Under the pieces are notes generated by a model. That model searched no databases, was not told where the DNA came from, and worked only from the letters and a program-made list of their open reading frames with translations. The translations under genes were made by a program, and so were the position numbers. This document shows positions 40,060-56,149 of a stretch of DNA of 64,000 nt, piece by piece. Every line of letters begins with the position of its first letter. Position 1 is the stretch's first letter. The DNA is from the human T2T-CHM13v2.0 reference genome, Homo sapiens, in assembly GCF_009914755.1 (NCBI RefSeq), contig NC_060925.1; one strand, written 5' to 3'.

Positions 40060-40153
40060 TTGATTATAAGCTCCAGTAGGCACTGCCAGTGTCAACAAGA
40101 AAACATGATAGCAATCCTTCTATTCTACTGATAATTCATTTATGATAGCCAAA
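40060..40153 (+). repeat. 94-bp direct duplicate of 41711-41804, inserted in the L1MB
   Basis: ttgattataagctccagtag...ttatgatagccaaa occurs twice, 1651 bp apart, with 3 mismatches. Confidence 0.96.
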
Positions 40154-43000
40154 ATCTTGTTCCATCTACATGCCTACACTGATTTGATTACTGTTTCTCT
40201 GTAGCAAGTTTTGAAATTGGAAAGTGTTTTTTTCAAGATTATTTTGTTTTTTCTTCAATTTATTTTCAACTTTAGAATCAGCTTATCAGTTTCTAAAAAG
40301 AGATCATTTAAAATTCTATATAGGAATGACATTGAATCTGCAGATCAGTTTTGGGAATATTGCCTTCTTAAAAATGTTAAGCCTTTATTCCATTGACATG
40401 AGATGTTTTTTCCAATTACATAAATCTTTTAGTTTATTTCAACAATCTTTCATAGCTTTTACAGTTAAATATTGTACTTATTAAGTTAAATATATTGGTA
40501 AGAATTTCACTCTTTTGATGCTATTATGAACCAAACTGTTTTCTTAATTTCATTTTTCAGTCATCCCTGGAAAATATATGGAAATACCAATGGTTTTGCA
40601 TATCAATCTTATAGTTTGCAACATTACTAAGAATTTATTAGTTCTAATATTTTTAATGGATTCTAAATATTAGTTCTAATATTGTAGTAAATTCTATGTA
40701 TATTAAGCTTGTATTTTGTAATCTTTCTGAACTAAATTATTAGTTCTAATGTTTTTAATGGATTTCATATACAAGACCACACCCTGTGAGAAAAAAGACA
40801 GCTTTTCTTCTTTCTTTCCAATATGGATGCCTTTTTTTTTTCTTCTTCTTGACTGATTGCTCTGGCTAGAGCTCCCGGTATAATGTTCAATAGAAGTGGC
40901 AAGCACAGACATCCTTTACTTGTTTCTGATTTTAGGGGTAAACATCTAGTCTTTCACCATTAAATGTAATACAAACTGGGAGTTTTGTGTAAATGTCCTT
41001 TATCAGATTGAATGTATTCCTTCTATTCATTGTTTGTTGAGGGTTTTTAATCATAAAAGTATGTTGGATATTGTCAAATAATTTTTCTGCATCAATTGAA
41101 ATGATGGTGTAAAGTTTATAAACCTGTTTATATGATGTTTTACAATAATACATAAATTCTACTTAGTCATGGTATATTTTTTAAATACTGCTGGATTCAG
41201 TTTGCTAGTATTTTACATACATCAAGTTTAATATTGTTTGTAGTACAACACTCAAAGAAGTACCAGTAGGTAGGCATTCTAAATTTGTAGTTATTTTATT
41301 CATTCCTAGACACCTACTAACTAAGAGTGCTCATTATCTCTCTTTTAGAATATTAATATCATCTCCCGTCTATAAATTCCCTTAGCATAAATTTTCTGTG
41401 TTAATCGTTTTTCTTTCTAAAATGTAAATCTGGTGCATGTGGTTTAAAATGGTAAAAAAGCATTCTAAGAAACACCTTTTGTAGAATACTACCAACTTTT
41501 TAATAAAAAAACTATGGCATTTCAGATATGAGATAAAATTCACTGAAAATAAAATAAAATTAGCCTCAGAGAAACCTATTAATTGGCTTAGGTAGTCATT
41601 TTCAATTCAGCAAAATGGTGCTAATTTAAATTAGGTTAATAATTTAAATTTAATGCAAATACCATCAACATGAAAAATGATGTAGTTCTGCTTGGTTCCT
41701 CTAGCATCTTTTGATTATAAGCTCCAGTAGACACTTCCAGTGTCAACAAGAAAACATGATAGCAATCCTTCTACTCTACTGATAATTCATTTATGATAGC
41801 CAAATATATTCATTTTTTGTACCTGTTAGTACTTCCTCCAAAAGCATCTGAAAACTGTAACTCATGGAAAATACTGTCAATCAATAAGACCAATATATGC
41901 CTAGTCAAGATTGCGAAGAGGTAGGCCAAATAAGTAAACTGCTGGCATCATGGATGAAAAATAGAAGAGTTCTAGTTATAATGCATGGTTTCTTGTTTCT
42001 TAATTGGTTCAGTTTCCATAGAAAGAAGAAGTACATTATACCATATTAAGTCTGAAAACTATGAGAGATACAGTAGATAAGTATCTGTTAGACAATAGAA
42101 GTTTGTATGTGAAAAAAAACAAAAACAAAAACAAAAATGGTTACTCAGCTACAGTATTCAAGTATTCAGCTGAAAATAGTTTAGGGTCATATTTTCAAAA
42201 ATTGAAAAAAAAAATGTTCCTACTAGATAAACTATTTTTCCAAAATAAAAATATAAAAAAGGACCACAAAAAAAGAATAGCAGAATCAGAAATACAAATG
42301 GGTAATATAATTAACTTTAAAAATTAAAATCAAATTTGATCACTTTAAATATAAAAAAATTGCAATGTATCAAAATAAATACAAGAAAAATAAATAGAAC
42401 TACCTAAATGCAACAAAATGGAAAATACATAAAACATTATAATTCTGATTTTCATTGATCATACTGTGAACCATGTACAGAGAAACATACACTCTATTGC
42501 TAGAGAGTTTATCTTTTTTAGAAAGCAATTAAAAAACAAGTTTTAAAAGGCTTTAAAACGTTCAGATATTTATTTCACTAGTATGTAAAAGATAGAAAAA
42601 TGAATTAAATATTAGATGAAAAACAGATGAAAACAATGATTATATCTGGGTGGGGACATTATGGGTAATTTGATGCTGTTCTTGAAACTTTCTTGTACAA
42701 TAATACTTTTTTTTTTAAGTGAGAGGATTATGTTATATTGTGGGAAAAAAATACAATAAAAAGCAATTCTTATTTAGATAAATCCTTGCAAGTTTTCGGA
42801 ATAACATTGCAAATTACATTTCCTACGATAAGCTGCCAAGAAAATGTATTTATTAGTTTGACATTGTACTTCTCTGTCTCACTAAATGTGAAAGAAGTGT
42901 CAATAGAACTCTGAATATACACAGCAAATTTAAGAATTTTATCCAAATGAAGTTACTCTTTGTGTGTATATTAGACAGTATTGCCTAGAAGTTAAGCTTA

Positions 43001-43290
43001 TGGTTAAAGGAAATTAGAATAAATCACCCAAAAATATGCTTATTTAGCATAAGGATTATTTTAAGCTGAAGGCAGTTGATAAACAGGACACTTTGTTTTC
43101 TATCCCTTTCAAAAGCCTCAAGGCAGAGTATAACCTTTTCTTTGTGAAGATGTTCCTCCTTCCCTTTTCCATACCAGGAGGAGGCAAACAACCATTATCA
43201 TTGGAGAAATAAATTTGGCACCGCCTTGAGTCTACACCAGAAAATGCTACTAAGATAACACTTATCTTCTATTAGTTTCTGCATAGCCTC
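43001..43290 (+). mobile_element. MER34-family (ERV1) LTR fragment, apparently inside a MIR
   Basis: cacccaaaaatatgcttatttagcataaggattattttaagctgaaggcagttga matches the MER34-type 5' end. MIR-like sequence follows at ~43295-43400. Confidence 0.65.
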
Positions 43291-43729
43291 TTTATACTCA
43301 GTTGTCTTCTCAGAAATTGATATTATAGTAATACCACATAAGGTTATTGTGAAAATAAATAATGTTTTCAGCATATTACTTACTACACTTTGGGCATTTA
43401 ATTAATTTTAAAGTTTATCATTTTATTTGAAAAAATAGAAAAAAATATTCCATATCAATAACCTGAAAAATATACTATTCTTTAAAAAAAGCTATTATTT
43501 AACATATTGAAAAGTTAATTAATGTTAGATCTTAAGAATGAGAAAAATGCATTATAACATATCAGTAATACTCCTTGAAACCAATTTTTAGGTGTTTAAT
43601 AAATATGAAATATGTAAAATGTTTAAATGAATAATAAATTATTTATTAAAAGCACAGTTATAATCTACCAAGTGGAAAATGTTCTTGTAAGATCCTTCAA
43701 ATATTTAAAAATAATTTTGTAGAAATCAT

Positions 43730-44175
43730 TTGGTTGCCTGGAAAAGGCCCATTTTCTTTTTTCTCTCTTAAATGACTCTGTACATATACCCACATCTAAA
43801 GAAGGATGTTTATTAGTTAGTCAACCCATATATCTTGTACTTATTTATTAACCTTTTTTTGGATTAGAAGTAGACAGGTGACATAATGTGGCTCAATCAG
43901 AGTGCAAGATTTTTTAATTCCATGTTTGGGGAAGTGGTTTCGCCTCTCTTCCTAGGTGTAAACAAGGAAGCATCCAAGCCCAGAAGCTAACTACGGCTAG
44001 CTGTCAATACTGATGATTCAGAGCAAATAGATAAAATAATTCCTTTCCTTGTTGATATCATTGAGCTGCTATTGTATCTGGAGTCTAAAATACCTCTGAA
44101 CTTCCTGGTGTATAAGATGTTTCTACTTTAAGCCAGATTAAGAAGAGGTTTTCTCTGGAAAAACATTCATAATTA
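43730..44175 (+). mobile_element. Ancient ERVL/MaLR LTR
   Basis: gtgacataatgtggctcaatcagagtg...actttaagccagattaag is an LTR-like 3' end. Confidence 0.5.
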
Positions 44176-44317
44176 TAAATATTTTATGATTATAATATTT
44201 TTTACAACTGTAGGTAATCAAATATTATTAAAATGTCTGAAGAAAAAAATGTCATTTAATAGAAACTATTACTTGTATGTGATTGATGAAACAGAAAATT
44301 AAAATGTTGGTATCCTT

Positions 44318-46580
<2,263 letters not shown>

Positions 46581-47019
46581 TGTTGGTATTCTTAGAAAAA
46601 AAGTAAGGGAAGATTTATAGATTATTTCAAAATGCAAAGGAACAAATACTGTCCAGGTTACACAACTCTCCCAAAATTTAGTGAAAGAAATGTATTTCCC
46701 ATATGATTTGTAAAACCATCACTCCCCTAAAACACAAACCTGTCAAATATAGTCTCCCTCAAAACTGGTCTAATCTCACTTATGAATAAAGAGCTAAGGG
46801 AACCAACATTAAGATAATAATATATTGAATACAGATTCACATTAAAAGTGAAAAATCAGTATATTCTAGTTATAACATTATGGATGAGTATTATTTTTCC
46901 CCTTAGTGGGGAGCTCAGGCACCTTTCCACTTCATCCTAGCTATAGGCACAAAGACCAGGAGTGCACATATAAAGGCCAATCAAATAAAAACTCCTTTTC
47001 TTTTGGATGATGGTACTAG

Positions 47020-47185
47020 TGCAAAAAGACATCTGGGTTATGTTTTAAAAATACAACCTCTCAAGCTATGCCCACAGAAATGCTAATTAATTATGTCTGG
47101 CAAAACGATGAGTTGAGGCATGCATATCTTAAACAATCAGCCTAGGCAATTTTCATGAAGATTCTGTGAGCTAGATAAGTTTGTA
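47020..47185. mobile_element. MER5-like fragment
   Basis: atctgggttatgttttaaaaataca...ttaaacaatcagcctaggcaattttcatg. Confidence 0.5.
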
Positions 47186-47461
47186 GGTATGATGAAGAAA
47201 GAAATAAAATCTCTTAAAAGCAGCATTTTCCTTTTTTCTCTGGCAAGTGTTTAGAATTTAATAAACAAATGAAAATAAATTTTATCATCTAGACTTACAT
47301 TGAGCAACATCAAATGAATCTTTTACAAACCCAATTGCCAAACGGAGAGAAGAGAGAAAGAAAGAGAGAGCAATACTAAAAATAATGCCCATACTCTGAC
47401 TCAAAAAGTCAAGAGTTCTTAATAGCTCAGGGAATACTGTGGTCAGCAGGACAGCGGACCT

Positions 47462-47612
47462 CACGCCCGGCTAATTTTTCTTTTATATTTTTAGGAGACA
47501 CGGGGTGTCGTCATGTTGGCCAGGCTGGTCTTGAACTCCTGACCTCAGGTGATCCACCTGCCTCAGTCTCCCAAAGTGTTGGAATTACAGGAGTGAGCCA
47601 CCACGCCCAGAC
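47462..47612 (-). mobile_element. AluS left arm plus linker only
   Basis: Starts abruptly at cacgcccggctaattttt. No right arm and no poly-T. Confidence 0.9.
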
Positions 47613-47689
47613 TTTCCATTTATTTTTGTTATCAGTTTACCTTAGTAGAAGACAAAATCTGTGCAGCCAGGGATTTCTTTAGTATTATT

Positions 47690-47710
47690 AATAATAATAA
47701 TAATAATAAT
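47690..47710 (+). repeat. (AAT)7 microsatellite
   Basis: Direct reading of the sequence. Confidence 0.9.
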
Positions 47711-48555
47711 ATTGCAGTAATCTAAGCACTTCAGACAATACTTATTACATACTCTTAAAATGAATGAATAAGCGGTGTGATTAGCAGTCAAACAAAGCTT
47801 TCTATCTGTTACCACAATATAAATGTATATCTCAAAAATTTACTGTTAAAGGAGAAATAAATAAAAAGTATTTTATTATGACGTTATATAATTCCATTGT
47901 GTAAGTAATCTTGCATAATTACATTAGAAGGCCTGATGTAATATCAGATGTTTGTTCTTAAATTTAGAATCACTGTGAATATGAAAGATACAGATGAAAA
48001 CTAGTTTAGCGTGTTTTATTGACAAATATGTTACCACTGTTGCTATGATATTTAGGAAGAGTAAAATACTTTTGGAAGAGTTCCAAAGCAAGCTCTGTCA
48101 ATTAAGGCAGTAGTACTCCTGGAAAATTCTGTCTCTATTAAAACTGCAAAAATAGATAGCATTTGTCTATTTTAAACAGTTAAATTCTAGGCACAAATAA
48201 TTTTAAACACGGTTCATATATGAAAAAGTGTTTTGGTAAATGACACACTTAATGCAGAAGTTAATCATTTTAAATTCATTTTACCAAATTATGCTTTATA
48301 TGAATAAAAATGCATCTATTTTAAGTATCCATTTCATTAAATGTTGACAAATCTAGTCACCTGTATAACTGCCACAGCAATCAAAATAGAACACATTTCC
48401 ATCATCTTTCAATATTTTCTCTTGCTTTTCTTGAAAACATTCCTCCATCCTGGGGCCCCAGGTAATAATGGCTTTGCTTTTTGTCACTATTTATTAGATT
48501 TGTATTTTCTATATATTCATGTCAAATAAAAATATATATTTAAAATAAAATGAAG

Positions 48556-48729
48556 GGTCAGGTGCAGTGGTACATGCCCATAATACCAGCTACTTGGGAG
48601 GCTGAGGCAGGACAATCACTTGAACCTAGGAGGTGGAGGGTGCAATGAGCTCAGATCGTGTCATGGCACTCTGGCCTGGGCAACAAGAACAAAACTCTAT
48701 CTCAAAAATAAATTAATAAATAAATAAAA
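48556..48729 (+). mobile_element. Monomeric Alu with (TAAA/TAAAA) tail, inside an L1ME fragment
   Basis: TSD taaaataaaatgaag at 48541-48555 and 48730-48744. Confidence 0.9.
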
Positions 48730-50639
48730 TAAAATAAAATGAAGGTCTTGGAGAATACCCAAAAATCTCATGGAATAAAGAGGAATCCTTTATTCAGTGA
48801 ACCATGAACCACAATGAGCATTCCTGTTCATAATATGAATGAAATAAGAATTTAGTACTGGAAACATAAACTATTAAATGTATTACAAATGGCAATGGAT
48901 TTAATATGGAAAACTAGGAGTTTACAAAAGCACTGGAATGACAGAAGAAACAAGTTCTAGCCTGGTCCTGCTGAAATGCATTTCCCCCAAACATACCCAA
49001 TTCCATAATTTCCTACTACAAAGTTTCTATTTCTAAGATTAGTTCTGCTGGTCTAGATCTGGGAATGATAGCACTGACATAGCAGTCTCTAGGCAAAGAA
49101 TACTGCAGTGTGGACACCTAAAGCTGGTGTCAGTGAGTCTTATAAAGAAGCCAGAGCTATGTTTCTTTTTTTTTTTTATTTTTCGACAAATGTAAAGCCA
49201 CTTAACAGACAATGAAATCCGATGTAGGAAAACAACAACTTTCTTAAACAACAGTGAATGACAGTAGTCACAGAAAGATGGCATTCACATTATGGCCACC
49301 TTCCAAATATGTGGCAACAGAATCTCATTGGATTAACCTAAATAAAAATATCCAAACTTATTTTCAAGGAAATCCTGAGATTTAATCCTTCAATTCTGGC
49401 TATATTGGGGAAGGGAGAGCAGTGGGAAGAGTTACGTGAGTGGTAATGACAATGGATGTTGACAGATAACAGGCATCATGGAGCAAATCTAAAGTCTATG
49501 ATCCCTCATCATTAAATGTGTGTTACAGCAGCTTCATGTTATTGAGGAAACCAAGAAAATCCCTGCAAATGTATAAAATGACCTTAAGTTAGTAGTACCA
49601 CCATTGCTGACTGTCACTGGTTTACAATATAACTTGCTATGGTAACCACATTTGCGTATAAATTCTGCTTGAGCTTTCTTAGTATTATGTACAGAGGCCA
49701 GTGTTATTATTTGTCTTCGTGACTCTCTGAAATGGCAAAAATGGGGCAAATGCAAGACTTGGATTTCGGAGAATTGGAACTCCAATGCAATAAATAGAGT
49801 AAATCATATTATCAGTCTTGTTGCAGTTGTTGAAAAATAAATCATGACTCCAGCTAGGAATCTAAGTGGTGTCTGACTCAAAATGAGCAAAACAAGGATA
49901 ACCTTGGAGAAAATAAATATCTGTACCTATTTTAGGATCTGTATACATTCTTCAAAGAAAAATAAAAGGGAGTATTCAGTCAGCTGAGATTTAATTGGTA
50001 GGATAAAGGCAAATCCTTGATTGTTTAAAAAGGTTCATATGGCTTTATCAAAAAAAGTATTATCTTATGTTAGTTATTGGATATTAATTAAAACTTGAAC
50101 ATATTAGTTGTACATTAAAGAAATAAGCTTTCTTTCCTTTCCTTCTTATGATAATATTTACAGCAACTGATGTTGGTTGGGTTGCCAGAAACCTATAGAG
50201 AGAAACTGTCACATGAGAAACTGGTGCAGATGGGAAAAGTGAAATTGAGTGAAGACACAATCTACCTCACTAATATTGCCAAAAACAGTTTCCAGGACAC
50301 ATGCCAATTTAGACTTTTTTTTTGGTATTTTTAAAGATGGATTAACTGTTTTCTAGCAATGAATGTGCAGGGAAAAAGTTTTTAAAGTAATTGGCTTTCA
50401 ATTTTGGAAGTTTTAATAAAGTCCTACATGTTCTTACAACATTAAGATAAGGTATCGTTCCTCTATATTTAATGGCCACTCTCCAAAACTGCTCTTTGGC
50501 TAGTTCTGTAATTTCAGATTAACTTGTAAATATTTACTTTAAAAACTTACTTTAACATTCCAAATGTGCTAAACCCATAATATTTACTTAACTTCTTTTA
50601 GGAATTTTTATTACAAAGCCTAAAATTTAGAGGAAGAGG

Positions 50640-50780
50640 TATTATGAGGGCCCCATGTAACTCAATACATTTACAGGGAAATAAATTGGACCAAAAATGA
50701 TTAAATGGCTTGCAAAAGGGCATAGAGCTTAGTAGTGACAGAATTAAGCCCTAAATCTAAGTCTATTATTCTCTCTCAGT
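50640..50780 (-). mobile_element. MIR
   Basis: gattaaatggcttgcaaaagggcatagagcttagtagtgacagaattaagccctaaatctaagtct. Confidence 0.7.
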
Positions 50781-51089
50781 GTTGTGAAGTACATTTCATC
50801 TTTATTACTATTTGTCCAAATATTAAAACTAAGTATCTTCCTGCTGGTGACACTAGCTAATTAATTCTGAACGATTTTTTTTAATGGGGACTTATTTATC
50901 ACATTTTGGTTGGTATGTACAAAGGATAACTTTGTATAGGTGTAGACACACATTATGTTAAATTTTGTTTATATAAATGTGTAAACATAAGCAATAAAAA
51001 TGAAAGTTTTCTGCATTCCCATCTCTTTACATAAAAAGCAGTAATATAACAATATTTGAATTTTTGAAAAATCATATCACATATTTTAT

Positions 51090-51610
51090 TGAATCAAAAA
51101 ATTGAAATAGCAGCAAGTAACTCTGGCTAATTTAAGAAGAAATAAGCTTTACTAAAATATATTGGTTAGCACATGAATCTTACCAAAGGGGTAAAGGGCC
51201 AGAATTGGAAGCTTCATAGCTATAAAAAATTATCAAAAGTAACATGACAGAACTGTTCATATGAAGATATTGTTGATGTTCTACAGAAGATTGACATTAC
51301 CACTTTTGTTGCTTGCACAATGAATACTAAACTTAGAACTCTATTGCTGGAAATGCAGCCTCTAAAATCTGGGTATTCCAACTTCTGTTGCTGCAAAAAA
51401 TTACTCAAATATTCTACTTGGAATTCTTTCATCTAACTCCCAATACCAGCCCAGATATAATGTAACTGACAGGAGGGCTTTAGATGATACACCTGCACCC
51501 TCACTGCAAAACAAGCAGAGAACATGAGTATATGTCCTCTATATCAAAATACGGACTCTTGCAGAGGAGAATCCTGAAACACTGAAAGTATGTTTGGCTT
51601 TCCCATGTAT
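51090..51610 (-). mobile_element. MLT1-type LTR
   Basis: caagtaactctggctaatttaagaagaaa...acctgcaccctcactgcaaaacaagcagagaacatgagta. Confidence 0.55.
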
Positions 51611-51989
51611 ATGGTAGTTTGAAATGGGGATAGCGGTTTATCCTTTACCTACAAGGCGATGGAGAAGCCTAAAACATGACAGTGGACTGGCAAAAGTCCA
51701 CTTGTGTAGGAAGTTCTAGAGAGGGGACAAAATGAGTACACTATGGGCAACTGTAAGGGGCAGGTGAAAACGTGTCACTCAAAATTCATGAAAAAAAAAG
51801 TGAAGGCTTATGAAGAAGAACACAGTGGCTTGGGGATTAAAAACAAAACGAAATAAAAACTGAATATTTTCTTAGTATATCTAAGTTGCAATATTAGTAA
51901 ATGTAAGAAGTGAGACTAATAAAAAAAAGCCAATTGTAAATCTGTTACAGCTTTTAAAATCTGTTGATGTAATTTAAATAATAGTAACA

Positions 51990-52293
51990 GGCCGGGCGGG
52001 TGCAGTGGCTCATGCCTATAATGCCAGCACTTTGGTGTCTGACTAACGTCAGAAAATCAAGACCAGCCTGGCCAACATGGTGCAACCCTGTCTGTACTAA
52101 AAGTACAAAAATTAGCCGGAGGTGGTGGTGCACAACTGTAGTCCCAGCTAGCGGGAAACCAAGACATGAGAATCCCTTGAACCCGGGAGGTGGAAGTTGC
52201 AGTGAGCAGAGATCACCGCGCTGCACTCCAGCTTGGGTGACAGAGTGAGACTCCCTCTGGAAAAAAAAAAAAAAAGAAAAGAAAGAAAAAGAA
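51990..52293 (+). mobile_element. AluS with a rearranged left arm
   Basis: ggccgggcgggtgcagtggctc...actccctctgg plus A tail. Segment 52036-52047 departs from the consensus. Confidence 0.92.
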
Positions 52294-55200
52294 ATTAAAT
52301 GGGACATTCGACAAATAAGCATGTATTTGCAATCCATTTTCCACTATTAGAGAGATATTTAAAAGAGACAGAAAAGAAAAAGCCAAAGTGTGGAAGATCC
52401 AGATACTCGCATCCTGTTAATATGAAAATAAATTATCCTCCCAAAGTCGCAGATGATCATTTCTCCCAACAGACAACCACATATACCACTCATGAGACTA
52501 TTGACTCCTCAGAAAATGGAGCACACATTCGAAACTGACTTGAAATTGAACTTTGGGGAGGACTGGAGTGAATTAAAATGGAGAGAGAGATATGTTTCTC
52601 CTAATACTTCTTAACTAAAACATGTATATTTAAGATGTGCAAAAACTAAGGTAATGTAATGGGAATAGCTCAGGAAGAGTGAAAGTTGCATTACCTTCCT
52701 TCAAAGTAATTATTCAATGCACAGTTAAGATAATTATGGTCTTAGAAGTATGTTACATGTATTTTATATTTTTAAGAGGCCTGAAAATGACTATCAACTA
52801 ATTTATACTTTTGTGAATAATAAAATTACAATATTTGACAAAAAATAACTACAAAAATATGACTCCAAATTTAGTTACTAAATTTATGAGCTCAAAATTA
52901 AAAATATTCTCACTCATTCCAGAACAAATACTTTTAATACAACTGAAACTGCTTGGCTAAAGAATAAAGAAGATATGAATTTAAATCAATAAAAGTACAC
53001 CTCTGGAGGCTGTGAGAGAAAGCTGAATGTAGAATATAAAAACATCTCTTGGAGAATAAAAACATAGTTTGCCTTGAAAAATAAAATTAGTCAAGAAAAA
53101 GTGTTTTAAAATCACTTTAGACTTTATAATTGAGCTAGATTTTTTTAAGTGACTAAATGCAAAGTTAGGAGCTTTTCTCTAATTTTCACAGATAGTCTTA
53201 TACAGTTGGTAAGCAAGTAGATGTGAATACTGCACAGATTTGTCTTTATTCAAAAGACAAAAAGTAAATTCAATAATTTAATCAAAGTGTCTTCTCAAAA
53301 TCTATAATAAAAGAGTTCAGTGTTTAGATTCTATTATAGCAAACATTATGTTGGATGGAAAAACAAGGAGGTGACATCATTGTAGAAGAGACCGTAACAT
53401 CATTAACAAAGAAAAAAATGGGAGGTCAAAAGTATACCAAGGAAATGGGTTATAATGGGCTTAAAAATTTCAGGTAAGAAAAGATTGTTTTTATTTAGTG
53501 AAAACACTATCGAAGGGCAGGAATAATAAAAAAAATACAGATAGGGCCTTTTATTTTCTTATTTGTAAAGCTTGATAAAAATGAAATCAATACTGAGAAA
53601 AACAAAAGAAGATTCTGAATAGGAGACAATCTGAAACAAATCTTTGATTGAGCATGAAAGAATTGGAACATATTTCTCTGAATAACCAAAGAGCAAGCAC
53701 CTATCAGAGTGAGTCCATCAACATGAATTACACAGAAGAGAAAATAATTTACTATGCTGTTAATTAAAACACACATTTATTTACATTGAAACAAATAAAA
53801 TTACTGTGGTTAACAATTAATGTAAGATTTATGATAATGCAAAAATATATTATTCATTACAGGTAGCATTATAAATGGCTTCTTTTTTTTTTTCTTTGAA
53901 TACCTGCTGCTCAGGTTTAGAGAATTCTCTCATTCTGAAGAAGGAAAGTTAAAAAATCTGTTACTGAACCTCAAATTCTACTCTAATAATCATGATGATG
54001 GACATAACAGAATGGAGATTATATTTTGTATGACTTGTCCTTATTTTCTAAAATCTAGAGTTTGTAACTTTCTTCAGATATATTCACAGACATCTTAGCC
54101 TTTGACATGTTTAAGTAGTTAAAGAGTGCAAAATTTGGGGGTACAATATCCTGTAGCTCCCGTATATTCTATAGCTTCCACGAACTATATGTTTCTGTTT
54201 CCTGTCTATATTTAACTATATAAAACACAGAACAAACTATTTCAAAGCATTTACCTATTTCTCTTCTCTAAATGGCAAGAATTTGCTCTCTTCTTGCCAT
54301 ATTGGTAAGTTAGTTTTACGATATTCTGGGCACTTTAGTACTGTCCTGGAAAAGAACATTAGGAAGGCAAATTCTTGAAGGTAACAACATTGGTACAAGG
54401 AAATAAAGTATAGATATAGATAACACAAAAATTCTGATTGATTACGATATCTAAATGTCAAATGATCTCTTTAGTCTAAATATACTTTTAATTATATTTA
54501 AATTCACAATCACTAGTTTATAAGAAATATGAAGACAACATACAAATTCATTTGAATATAATAGGTCATGTTCCCCCACTGAAATACCATCAGAATTGAG
54601 TTGTAGTTTAATATTATAAATACAGCATATAATTCCATTTGGAACACATAAACCAAGAGCCAGACTGAAAATTAAACTGAGAATGGTTAACACTGAACAA
54701 AAATAATAACTTTCCCTAAAAGCCATAATGTTTCTATTTACCTGTCCTAAACAAAGATCCCAACATTTCTTTCTTAACAGATAGTAATAATACTAGTGTG
54801 TTTCTCTCTGCACTTCAAGAATGAATGCTGAGAACTAACAATAGAGAAGAGATAAAATTCCTATAGCTTATTATCTTAATGTTTCAAGATGTACTTCCAA
54901 AAAATTGTTTCCCAAATAAAAATCCCAGAGAAAAGGGATTTATAATTTGATGCCTGGCACTGAAATAAAATTAAGATTAGGAAAAGTCATATGATATTAT
55001 AAAATTAAGGTTTCCACAACTGTAGTATCAATGGGACTTGGTAAATGAACACTTTTAATAAAAATCATGAATAGTAACTCCTGTTTAAACCAATGTAACA
55101 GTGAAGAAAAACTGGGTTCAGACAAATCCACAGATAATTCCGAGACATAAGTATCAGTTTTTTAAGGGGGTAGGAATGAAGATTGATGTCATGGCACATT

Positions 55201-55816
55201 GGTGATATTTTATGTTTGATTATACATTCATGTGTAGAATAAACTTTACAGGGTATATAAATAGAAATTCAATTGAATTCATGTATGGTAATGGGGATGA
55301 TCTTCCACAGCAAGATGGAAACCAGAATGCATAAAGACTGACTAGAAGAAAATAACTACAAAAGATATAAAACAAAAAACCTAATATTAATTGGAAAAGA
55401 ACCAATTTATTGAAAACATGAATAAATAATATTAGCTGATTTATAGAAGTTCAATATGGGCTGCCAGTAAAAAATGAAAATGTTTACCAATTCAAAATTT
55501 ATCAAGACCATGCAAATTGAGCCAACATTAAATTATAACTGTTTGCACTTTAGAAAGACAAAGATACCTAGTGGAGGAAGTTTAACTCAAAAGAACCTTT
55601 TGGGAGGGCATTTTATCTGCATTTATCAGAATACGAAAGCACATATTCTGAAGTACAGAAATGTCAGTAAGCAGTAACCACCTTTTTACTTATTACGGTA
55701 ATTTAATATTTATGGCCATCCTACCCAGATAGCATTATTTCTTTAAGATTTATACATGCAGGGATGAAAACTGAGTGAGCTTTGCATGTGGAAATTCTAA
55801 AAAAAAATTCACTATT

Positions 55817-56149
55817 TCCTTTTTAGGGACATGGATGAAATTGGAAATCATCATTCTCAGTAAACTATCGCAAGAACAAAAAACCAAACACCGCATATTC
55901 TCACTCATAGGTGGGAATTGAACAATGAGAACACATGGACACAGGAAGGGGAACATCACACTCTGGGGACTGTTGTGGGGTGGGGGAAGGGGGAGGGATG
56001 GCATTGGGAGATATACCTAATGCTAGATGACGAGTTAGTGGGTGCAGCGCACCAGCATGGCACATGTATACATATGTAACTAACCTGCACAATGTGCACA
56101 TGTACCCTAAAACTTAAAGTATAATAAAAAAAATAAATAAATAAAAAAA
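55817..56149 (+). mobile_element. Young L1 (L1PA2-type) 3' end, ~330 bp
   Basis: Near-consensus 3'UTR with GAG at gatgacgagttag (not the Ta ACA), cacaatgtg, cttaaagtataat, then an A tail. Confidence 0.92.

Larger units (their letters stand above)
38010..41215 (-). mobile_element. L1MB-type LINE-1 (3' end into ORF2) with nested MER1B, Alu and a templated insertion
   Basis: Antisense L1MB 3'UTR (cagtcaattttaaaacattttcatcacc). ORF2 RT remnants in minus-strand ORFs ([20 protein letters not shown]). Confidence 0.9.
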
